Below, piece by piece: positions 42,463 to 53,938 of a stretch of 64,000 bases of DNA; within the stretch, counting starts at the first letter, position 1, and each line of letters starts with the position of its first letter. This DNA is from Balanoglossus misakiensis. Taxonomy: Eukaryota > Animalia > Hemichordata. Location of the stretch: the NCBI GenBank assembly GCA_040954595.2, contig CM082593.2:2019830-2083829 (forward strand). The letters are read 5' to 3'. The translations under genes were made by a program, and so were the position numbers. The notes under the pieces were generated by a model, which saw nothing but the letters and a program-made list of their open reading frames with translations, ran no database searches and had not been told where the DNA came from.

Positions 42463-44257
42463 GTAAGTGTCCGCGATCGTTTGTTGTCAAGAAGAGAAGG
42501 ATTTGGTGGGAATGTGATCAGCCTGTTCGTGTGTACTTACCACCAGTCTCACCTACCGATCAAAGTGACCTTCAATGAAAAGCTTCATGCACGGCCTGAC
42601 GTGGAACTCATATGTCAGGGTGATTGGTGATCTTTCGTTCTTTGAGCCAATACAAAGCATTTTCTCTCTCTTTGAAACTGATCGGTTTGTATACCTGAAG
42701 GTCAAACCATGGTCAAACTAAGTAGACCAGACGCGACTTTGTTTTGGCATGTCCCCGTGCATTGTGTTTGACAATGCAAATGGACGGAGACACCGGTATA
42801 CAATGTATACTGCCTTACGAAGTGCTGTTTGCTGTATCTTTTTGAAGTTTTATCTAGCATACGTGTACTTGACAGTGATGCAAATTGATTTTTAATTGTT
42901 TTCTCATAATATATTGTCATGGTGATCACTTTTCATTTTGCATTCCCATAATGCAATTTATATTTTTATATTAAAGCCAAATAATGCAGAAATTAACACA
43001 AGTACGCAGGCAATTGATTGTAGATGTCAGATCACATTTAACAAATTGTTGTTATGAAAAATGTCAGGCATTTTTTTCATTAAAAAATTAATTGCCATAA
43101 AACGTATGTTGTCCCATGAGTCCATCAGTTAATTAAGTTTCAAAGATGTAAAATTTATGTCTCGAGGGATCTGTCATTGGATTGCAATAATTGGCCATAG
43201 ATCTTCCTTTAGTTTTTAACACTATGTAAATCGTAGAAGGGAAAGATAATCAACATTTGCTGCCATCGTCAGTTTTTCTGAGTCAACACCAAGACTTGAT
43301 CCAATTTCTGTGATGTATGTGAGTCACCTCTGTGTTGTATTACTTGTAAATTTATAAAGCTCACTCTGTCACATGGAGCTTATATGAGTCAGTCGCAGGC
43401 AAGTCGTATCAGCTTAGACTCCATTACCAGAGTCTCTCAGATAGGCTGGGTTTGGTCGGCTTTCAAGAATTTAAAGTCTACTATAGAGTGAACGATACAA
43501 GCTGTTTTCAGTGCCAGGATAAACCTGCAGATGATGATTTTAGGTTTCCATTGGTTGGCTCATTAGAAAAAATGTCACCATTTATGATGTTGTCGAACTC
43601 TTTATGTATGTCGGCACTGAAAACAGATGTGCTAGGTACAAATCAATACCCTGGCAACATGCTGTGATGGAACTCAAAGGCTGTAATGACTTTATTATGT
43701 CTAGAGACAAGAGAATCAGTGGCCTGTGTTGTAATTCCTATACAGACGCCGTTAACCTGAATGGGAACCACGCACCATGAAGTTTCATAGGGGCTAGAAT
43801 ATAACCTTTATGAGCGCCTGTAAAATAGACTGAGGAACTTTATTACCTTTTACTTGGAAAAGAATGTGGAAATTTGTGAATTATTGATTAATACTAAAAT
43901 AATAGTCTTGACTGAAAGAGTAAGTCGTAATTATATATTGACATTTTGGTGTAAAATCTCAAAAATAAACATAACTTCCATTAAAAGCTGGTTAGACACT
44001 CAGAGTGTGAGCAGACATTGTAACTACATTAGCCTGATTCAGTTTATCAATGTACTGTATATTGTGTGTCAGATGACCTTTAGTCTTTTGCCAATCATTT
44101 TTCCTGTCCATAACATATGTTTTTTATGATAATTGCAATATTGGATTCATATCAGTTCATGACAGCTTGTATTTGTTGAGAACTTATTCCTGGTTCTGAT
44201 TGCAAAGGGGCATGTTTCTTATTTGTTTCTAATCTTCATTCACAGGTGTTATAAACC

Positions 44258-47200
44258 ATGAGCAATGATGTTGATTGTAATCACCTGAGAAACAATTGCC
44301 ATGACAACAGTGGTAACCATAGCAGCGATGACTTGGATGAGATGGACATGTCAAAGGTGAAAAGGTGGAGATTTGTAGAAGTCCTCGGCACTGGGAGATA
44401 CGGGACGGTGTCATTACTGAAACACAGGGTGAGAAATTTGAAATTGAACCGTTTTCGTGTGTTTAGACGTTTCTCCCATTCTCGTACCATTTAACCATTA
44501 CACTGTTCTGTTCCTTTGTTATGATGCATATTATGTATACTACTGGTTGATGTGTAATTCCCTTAAATTTCTTCAGCAATTTGGGTACAAGGTAGCTCTG
44601 AAGGAACGCAGCAAAACACTAGTGCACGACAAAACAACCATGGTACACTGGAAGAGAGAAGTTGAGATTGTGCAGATGTTGGAACATGAGAACGTCGTCA
44701 AGGCGCTGCATGTTGTTGAGCTTCTGGAGAGATCTGACGATGGAGAAGTTTCTAAGTTGCCGTTAGAATATTGCAATGGTGGTGATTTGAGAAAGGTGAG
44801 GAAGTCATCTGGAAGCTGTCACACATTACTTTCCAGGAAATCAAGTTAGAGTCTGATTCTTAATCTAATGCTTGAGACAGTCTTAAAGACTAAACTAGAC
44901 TCATGACTAAACTAAGCTCATGTTGGATTCATATCTACTACAGGTTCTGAGAAGGCCTGAGAACTGCTGTGGACTGCAGGAATCAGTCATTAGGGATTTC
45001 GTCAAACAGTTAGCTTCTGCTGTAGAATATTTACACAAAAATAAAATTATGCACCGTGACATTAAACCAGAAAATATCACTCTCCACCACACAGAAGACA
45101 AAAAGGTAAGAAAGGTGTGTTTATATATGTAGCATTTGTGTATTGACCTGAAGGGGCACTCTGCTTGCACTACAATAAATGTACTGTACACAGTTTTTTC
45201 AGATTATTATAAGTTTTGTTTTTATTATATGATTGTTTGGTGTTTATATTGGCAGGTTTTATACAAATTAACAGACTTTGGTTATGCCGTGAGGTGGGAT
45301 GAGGAGCCCTCATCAAGGGAACTTGTTGGTACTATACAGTACTTGGTGAGTCTTTACGAGACCATATCCAGAAAAATTCTAAAATTGAATTTATTATCAG
45401 TTGTAGAATTCAGGGGCATTTTGGTGGTTGTATTCAACGAGAAAATGGGTCACCAGTAATAAAGCATGATCACAAACAAACACTGACACCCATAATTCAA
45501 TTTTCCCATCTAGGCACCAGAAATGCATGGTAGTAAAGACTACACACATTCTGTAGACTATTGGTCGTTTGGTACTGTTGTATTCGAAACCATTATAGGT
45601 CAACGCCCTTTTGCTCCCCAGTGTTCCTACCCAGAATGGTGAGTACAGTCATATTTACTGGAAAAAAATGCACATTCATTTGGTGTTGTAGAATGGACGT
45701 TGGTAAATTCAGCATTTCAATTCAGTCCATCTGATATGGCTTACTCTTAGAGTTATGAGGCTGATTCAAAAATTGTTTTGATGTTATATTTATAAATGTA
45801 TTCCTATTTGTATTTTTAGGCTTAATATTGTAAATAGGAAGCAATCTGACCACATTTGTGCCTTCAGGAAAACAACAGGTAAAATGACTCATGTTGCTAT
45901 GCTACCCTCAGGGCAGTTTGGTAGATATACACTGTGCCATGCTGTGTTTAATTTTCTCATCATTTTATTTTAACATAACTTCTTATAAAATGTGATCTGT
46001 TTTCTTTGTTTTGTAGGAGAGGTTCAGTACTCCAATGAACTTCCCACTCCAAATAATCTCTCACAGTAAGTGTCAAGAAGTCTTCATTTTGATTTGTTTT
46101 AATTTGAAAAACAATCTGTACTACTGTAACATTTGTCATGCATATATGTTGTCAAGATTCTTCTATGTACGGGTCAGGTGACTGATAGGTTTTTGTGATT
46201 TACAGGTATATGAAAATTAATATGGAGAGATGGTTGATGTGGATGCTGTTGTTGGAACCAACTCTTCGTGGTGGCCCTCTCCAAGATGATAAAAGAATAC
46301 ATTGTTTTAACGCCTTAGATGACATTCTAGAAGCCAAGGTTAGCGCGATATCATATCTCATCATTGCCTTTGTGAATATGTATCATAAAGTTCACAGTGA
46401 CTGATCAGATGTGTTAATCGATTTCACACATACTCCTTTTTTCAGATTATAAATATTTACAATTGTCATGAGCAGAAGTTTGTTACTTATCCGCTACTCG
46501 GAGATATAGAAACGCTATGCAAGCTACAAGAGGAAATCGCAGTGCAGTGTGGGATTGAGGTCAAAGATCAGCTTCTCGTTCTACCTAGTGGCTCCTCACC
46601 AGATGAATTGAATTGGATTTCGCAGTGTTGGTCAGAAACAGTAAGTTATTCTTTGAATGGTTGTTGGTAGACCATGGTTGATAAAAGTTGACCCAAATGA
46701 ATAGGATCGCTGGGGACAAACAGTCTTTGTCCTCACAGGAGTGATTGATCGGTCAAATTAAAGTGCTCCCATAATTCCTTTCAGGACAGTTCCACTGTAA
46801 ACAATTTTCAAATTTCATCTCTTGTAGGAACCTCAAGATTATTTTGTGACAGTCTTTGATACTCATCTTATAAATGAATCAGATTACCAGAACGAAGCTG
46901 AATTCATCAACAGGACGATGCCTCAGCTAGTTCACACCATTGGTATGTAGTATTTATAACATTATGAATATATACACTGTATTGTGACATCATTTTTTGA
47001 CAAACAAATAAATTACTTTCATAGAATATCACAAATCCAAGATGGCTGATGTTCGAATGAGAAAATACATATTCGTGACAGACTACATCCATCACATACA
47101 ATGTCATTTGTTTTGACTTTTTGTCAGATTCTGCACTTCAAGTTCCCTACCCGCAGCTGAGAAAGACGTACAGACATGCAGTGTATTTCTGTCAACAATT

Positions 47201-49207
47201 GGTCCGACACCAGATGAGGTTAGAGGAGAGCTACAAATCCGTGTTGTAAGTCATTATGTTTATTTTGCCTGTAAAATATCACCCTTTCATCCCCATGTCA
47301 CTGTAATAGATCCACCCTTATTATAATTGGTCTGTTATGCATCTCGACAAACATGACAGATTGTCACATCAAAATGATAATGATACAAACATGTTGTTTT
47401 CTTTCAGACACTATGTACTTGAATTAAATCTTTCGTTGTCCAAGCAAACATTCCTGTTGATGGCTGTGTTTCATAAATTCCTTGGAAAAGTTGACTTCTT
47501 CAGGGAAAGGTATGACAGCAAGATACAGTTCTCTCCAGTTAAGCCAATGGAAAGACATGTTATTGTATAAAGTACATCTTTGAAATTGTCCAATAGATTA
47601 AGTTCTTTCATTTTTTGCCAATGCATGTATTCTAACTGGACATCTTATACTATCTTGTAATTTTCAGTTTGGAACTTGATATCGAAAGTTACAAAGAACA
47701 GTGTACTACTGGAATAGGTATTTATAACATTTTAAACTTCTGTAAAATTGTGGTTGGACATCAGAATGGATTATCTAAAAGATGTAATCCTCATGTCTTT
47801 TCTGCCATGTTATTTCTGTAGAATCTGACAAGATATTTGTGTCGTGGGAAGAGTCGAAGTTGGAATTTGAAAAACTGGACATGTTTTGTCAGGTAATTTT
47901 TTCTTTAAGTGTAACATAATACATTTAATATCCAACTCTTTACTTAAATCTTGAGTTTCATTTCAACTATTTGAATCAAAAGTTGGGTGTTTATAACTAA
48001 AATATTTTTTTCATCTTATGACAGTATTAGGCAGTCAATTGAACTTACAAGTGTACCAATATTGACTCTTTTTTCTTTCCCAGGACAATTTTATGCATGA
48101 TATCGAGAGAAGAGCTTCCAAACTCCAACAGAAAATATCGGAGAAACTGAATCCTGACAAAAACCAAGAGGAACACCAACCACTAGAACTGGAATATCTG
48201 TGAGTTGTTTGACTGTGATGTATGACTGCATCTTGAGGGCAATAGCATATGCCTGTTTCCCTTCCCTGGGGATGGTGTATGTGTATAATATTTCTCCTCT
48301 CTTTTTTAGGAAAAAGGAAGCAGAGAAGTTATTTTTGGGTGTGATACAAACTCCAAAAGGTGAGTGAAATATCAGATCATAAATTGTTAGGGAGGATGGG
48401 CGGGGGAGTGGCCGTGGCCATTTTCTCCACTTTGATTCTTTTGATGCAACCAACTCTTTAGCTCTAACATGGAAATAACCTGAATGTTGTCCTTTCTTTC
48501 AGCACAACGCGACAAGACATACAGTTGCATGGAGATGTCGAAAATCATTGAGAAGGCTATCATGGCATGGCAGAGATTTCATCGAATGATAGCAGGTCAA
48601 ATTTGGTGAGTTTTATCTTCATTACATGTCGTGCAAATAAGAGAGAACAAAAAAACCTTCAGTTATGGCTAACAAAATACTTTGACGCTCAAACTCAGAT
48701 TGTATGACTGCCTACATCAGTAGCTAGAAAAATATTTTGTTTCTTCCCTACAGCGACACGATGAAATTGAGACATGAAATTTTAAGCCTGTTGACCAAGA
48801 TGAGAAGCACAGAGAAGAATTTGAAGAGAGATTGCGACAAACTCTCTGATATGCACAGACAACGACAGCGTGATGTATGGACTTTACTCAAAGTGAGTGT
48901 GACTGGCTTATTTAATTTTCCTAGTATTAGAGCAGTCACCCCCTGGATATATACCACTCAGACATTACTCATCCACCAGTTAGAGCTGGGGTAAGAGTTT
49001 GGGTTAGGGCAAATTTCCAGGGGGTAACTGTCCTAGAACCATACCCTTTGATAGCCTGAAGGTTGTATACTATTTCAGGAAATTTTGTTTGTCAAATATT
49101 GACGTGTTGTTTTGTTCTGTCAACAGCTTCAGAGCCAAGTTGTCGCAGCAGTGACTAATCTAAACAAAGGAAAGACCACTGACAGCAAAGTTGTTGTAAG
49201 GTTGTAA
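44258..49207 (+). CDS. IkappaB kinase alpha/beta-like Ser/Thr kinase (kinase + ubiquitin-like + scaffold/dimerisation domains), divergent, ~715 aa
   Basis: Exons 44258-44428, 44577-44795, 44944-45105, 45256-45345, 45514-45638, 45820-45878, 46017-46065, 46206-46338, 46446-46640, 46828-46942, 47128-47245, 47408-47509, 47668-47717, 47822-47892, 48084-48199, 48310-48359, 48503-48605, 48754-48892, 49127-49207 (2148 nt, all GT-AG, one open frame). Motifs: [37 protein letters not shown] (IKK signature), [57 protein letters not shown] (IKK SDD), [11 protein letters not shown]. An alternative last exon is possible (donor 49196, acceptor 49646, ending VCVTA*). Confidence 0.92.
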
Positions 49208-50239
49208 CTGCTTGGGGTGTTGTCTTTGGGTTGAAGCAAGAACACTGACTATTGCACACAAGTCACCACCAGTTAAAGACACCAACACACACCTGCTGTG
49301 GACTTCTAGCCATGTAAACTAAACCTTAGTCAAGATATTATATATTATACAGTATTTTAAAAAGTTATTAAATGAAATTGACATAAAATGTCAGAAATTG
49401 AAACAGAGAATATACATGGTTAGTAATAAAACCGACTTGGACACTCATCTCACAGATTTTTTTAGTTCAGCCCCCTCACGTGTTTAACTTTTCAGTCCAA
49501 AGTGAACATGGTTCATATTGTATTCAAGTTGACATTATTTATTTATCATTTCAGCATAAAAAACATTCCTACCTCAAAAGCTTATATTTTTATGCATACT
49601 CAACTGAAATTTTTATTTTGACATTGTTATACTTTTTGGTGGACAGGTATGTGTCACTGCCTAAGTTTAAATGATGCTTTTTGCATCATTCACTCGTAAA
49701 TATTTATTTTTTTCATTTACATATTTTGCTGTACTAAGTTTCATCTGTCTGGTATTATTAGGATCCCATTATCTATTGTTAAAAGTACTTATGTTCGCAT
49801 TAAAAACATTATAAAGGGATAAAATCCACAGTACATGCCACTTCATACAGTGGACTCATTTCTTGTCATATTAAGAAAACCTAATGTTCTTCCACAGTAC
49901 ATGCATTGCTGGTCATAGAATCACGAATGAAATGTAAGGTAGATTTGATTTTTTAATTGAATTTTTTTTTGAGATGCTCTTGTATTAAATACTGATCTCA
50001 ATGTGTGACTATTTTATGTAAATTTTGGAGAATAAAGTGAGAGCATTAGAGAACAGTGAGTTTATACTTTTTGTTTTGTCTTTTTGCCGTCAGTTACATT
50101 GAGATTCTTCACGGCTTTTCTTCACCAATGAACAACTTTTCAAAATACTGGTCATGCAATATAATGTGTTTTTTACATGTTAAGTTCCTCTTTGGGGTTA
50201 CAAGTAAAGTCGTAAAAAGACTCTTCTGCTGGTGTACGT

Positions 50240-50530
50240 TTGTCAATCACTTCCGGGTTTGTCCAGACTCGAAATCAGACACCGGGATCGGACTGTAGTA
50301 CACGTATTCACTTGAGCAGATGGAAGATTAGTTTACGAAATTTTCATCGACTGTTCAACAGTTTGCACAGCGGAAAAAAGGCACTAACACTGGATATGTA
50401 CACTACGTAAGACTTCAGTGGGGGAACTCCAAACCCGGAAGTAAACCAACTTCCGGTGACGTCACCGCTCTTTTAGGAATCCCCATCCCACTGCTGACTC
50501 AGAAACTTGTCAGTGAAAGCTTTCGTTGTT
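50240..50530 (+). promoter_or_regulatory. Caspase proximal promoter with kB, ETS, CRE and AP-1/MARE motifs
   Basis: GGGGAACTCC 50421-50430; CCGGAAGT 50435-50442; ACTTCCGG 50449-50456 and ~50249; TGACGTCA 50457-50464; AGGAATCCCC 50475-50484; TGCTGACTCAG around 50492-50502. All lie 230-480 nt upstream of the ATG. Confidence 0.7.
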
Positions 50531-50728
50531 CGTGAAATCACACACTGGGACACTTGGAGACAAAAATAGTCAGGCAGTTTTCGACTCAACGAAGCAAAAG
50601 AAGGGTGGCACTTTACCGATCCAGTTGAAGCCTTCAAAATTTACCAGTTCAGGCCTCGGAATCTGATAACACAAGTCTACAAGTACAGACTGACATCAAA
50701 CATCGTTTGATCAAACATAGTGAGTGAT

Positions 50729-52920
50729 ATGTCGGATATAGCGGGTAAGTTATTCACAGTTCTGATTGCTTTTGAAACGATCGTTTGACACGATCTGCAG
50801 GAGTATTAGTGTAAGAACACGGTCTGTGGGGAGGGACTGTGTGAATGGCGAAACTAAAGAGCATGCATGTCATCAAAATGTCCATTTCAAATTTATGTTG
50901 TTTTGGTGGTATTTTAAAACTATTATGAGAGGGATAAACATCTTCTTGATATAAAAGGAAACAAAATTGAATGGTTATTCATTAGAGAGCAGACAGACAC
51001 ATATGGTATTAAGATTTGTGTGTTTATAGCCGAAATTACTGTGCAAATAAATAGCTTGTATTTTGTTTTGTTAGGTGTCACAAGTTCATTTGATGAGCTG
51101 AAGGTGAAAGAACCGGAAGAGCGTGAGGAAGGACAGAAGGACATCCTTGATGCAGGTCCCCCGAACGATGATGATGACAGCGATGGGAGCGACGGTGAAC
51201 AAACTGTAGATGCGGCACCCACAAGACGCAAGCCTCGTATGTTGCCAGAAAGTGGCACTGATGGCTCACAAGAGACTCCATCTGATGAAACAGATGCTCT
51301 CTTTTCACGGTAAGATTCATGATTGGCTTCTAGTATACTATACCATTTCAGGAAAAATCGGTGGTTGATTCACAGAATAAAAATTCTCAAACAGACCCAC
51401 ACTAGTGGTTACAACCTAATGCCCATTTAATTTTTTCTTGCTTGAAACTGATTCAGTCTCATCAATAATATCACATTTTTTCATTTTCTTTTCTTTCTTC
51501 ACAGAAGTGAAAAAATCCCTGAAGCTCCCCCAGTGCAATCCAGACAAAAAAGTGTTGCTGTATCTCATGATTTGGAATACGAATACGACATGTCTCATCC
51601 AATCAGAGGAACAGCCCTGATCATCAATAACAAAAACTTTGACCGCCGTACTGGGATGAATATTCGCAATGGGACGGATTTAGACCGGGATAACTTATGC
51701 AAAACTTTTGAAAGACTTGGGTTTAATGTCAAGACTCATGATGATCTGACAGTTAACAAAATGATAGCTGTATTGAAATTGTGTAAGTATAGTAGCAGTA
51801 CTTGTAGGCTTGTATTAAAGTCATGATCCATGACATTTCAAATTTGGTATTTACCTGTACAAAAACAATCTTAGTTTATTATTGATATAATTTGAAGCGA
51901 TTGATTACAGACTGCCATCATAACCCATACAATAAAAAATATCTTTCCTTCGTTTTGATTTCCTTTTTGTCATAGTGTCACGGGATAATCACAGTAATTC
52001 CGACTGTGTGGCAGTTGCCATACTTAGCCATGGAGATGACGGAATCATCTATGGTACAGATGGCACCGTTCCTGTTGAGGAACTTACAATGTTCTTCCGG
52101 GGTGACAGATCTTCGACACTCGCTGGAAAACCAAAACTTTTTTTCCTGCAGGTATGTGGTTTCTGAAGCCATTAATTTTACATGCATGTATGATATGGAG
52201 AAACTCTGATCTTAGACAGTTGTTAATTACAAGTAACACGTTTTGAACTGTTCGTGTATATTTATGTGACGTTGTGAACACTTTCTTTACCTTACAATAG
52301 AAAACAATAGGTTTGGACTGAACCATGATTGATTCTTTTGCATGTTTTTTTTCTAGGCTTGCCGGGGTAATGAATTTGATGATGGCATCTTGTTGAAAGC
52401 TAGTGACCAGACTGATGCTGCCCCAGTGGCACAGCGTCTGCCAGTAGAGGCAGACTTCCTTATCTGCTATTCAACAGTGCCAGGTTTGTAGTTTTAAGAC
52501 ATACTTCATACAGTATTTAGTCCATTCTGCAGCAATATTATGTATCCAATTTTCCTGTATATTACAGAGGACCTTTCCAGGTTTGAAAACCACACAATTT
52601 GAAATCCCACTGAGAAAGACCTGGAAAAATGACCTTTACACAGACATGATCTCTGGTTGTTATTTTCAGGTTATTATTCCTGGCGAAATCCCAGAAACGG
52701 ATCCTGGTTTGTTCAAGCCATCTGCAATGTGCTGGACCAACACGGAGAAAGCATGGACTTGCTGCGCATGATGACCCGTGTTAGCAAGCTTGTCGCCTAC
52801 AATTTTGAGTCTGCTACAAACCATCCCAAGATGCACCAGAAGAAACAGATCCCTTGCGTCGTTTCCATGCTGACAAAGGACTTGTTTTTTACTCCTAAAA
52901 CATCGCCAATGGAGACGTAA
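50729..52920 (+). CDS. Effector caspase (caspase-3/7-like), 360 aa
   Basis: Exons 50729-50744, 51075-51309, 51505-51782, 51976-52151, 52357-52483, 52670-52920 (1083 nt, open). Motifs: [24 protein letters not shown] (catalytic His), GKPKLFFLQ|ACRG (catalytic Cys), EADFL..YSTVPGYYSWRN...[23 protein letters not shown]. Acidic prodomain with no CARD or DED. Confidence 0.95.
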
Positions 52921-53938
52921 ACTTCAAATCTCCAGAACTTGCCACTATTTAAGGGGGGAGGGGTTCATCTCCTAATCTTTAAAATTAAAAGCAATACTGA
53001 CTGCACTAAGAAACAAAGATTGATGTTAAATGCGAAAACATGATGCACAGTGGCAAACTAGAAAAATGTAACTACCACAAAGTATTGCAAATTGATTGTG
53101 CGAGGTCTTCCTTGCTAGTCACGGTAGAATTTTCTGAGTACATGGCAATCATTTTAATATCCACTTGTTTTATGTCATAGTTAGGGTGAATGGTAGATTG
53201 GAGTTGGTTGTACTTGTACTGTAAAAAAAATTTTTTTTTGTATTAAACCTTGAAGCAATTCTGCAGGACTAATTGCATGGGCGACTTATTTTGGGAAAAG
53301 TGTGACAGTGTATTGTGTAAAAACTGTTGATCTGTATATAAAGCTGACTTGTCTAAGACTGACTCTGTATATACATGTAGTTTTTTGCCATAAGAATGAA
53401 GTAACAAGTGTCTGTTTTCTGTTACAACTGTATAATAACAGGCTTATATTGACTATGGGTCCCACACATAGTTATATTGGCTTCTCCCACAGAGCTACAT
53501 TGTAGGAGCAAATACTAGGACAAACAAAATATAATACATAATAATTTCATTTTATAAGACTGCCTTAAAATTTGCGCTCCTTGTGCAGTTGACCTAAAAT
53601 TATACAAAAACATGACTGGTACGACAAAAATATTTCCTTAAAATTAGAAAATGATGGCAAAATGTGTCTTCATCAAGACAGTGGAATCTTAGCAGTGATG
53701 TCATCAGTTTTCGTGTACTTAGCACCACATCTGAATGCGCCGCTACGAATGCGTCAGTAACTTACTCAAATTAAAAAATAACGTTTTGGCAGAATGTAGG
53801 GATAGAAAGGGTTATTTTGAGGTCAAAATTTTAGGGCATAAGTCATCACTTTTTCTTTCATTTTTCCTGAAAAAATAAGTAAAACATTTTTGTAACTCAA
53901 AATTCTGATATCAAATGCCATTAAAATGAAACAGAAAG

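Noticed and set aside
44258-49207. Calling the kinase CHUK, IKBKB or TBK1/IKKepsilon, or a pseudogene
   Set aside because: The ENCCGL signature and SDD sequence favour the alpha/beta branch over TBK1, but the alpha/beta split is vertebrate-specific, so no symbol is given. Nineteen exons join without stops or frameshifts, arguing against a pseudogene.
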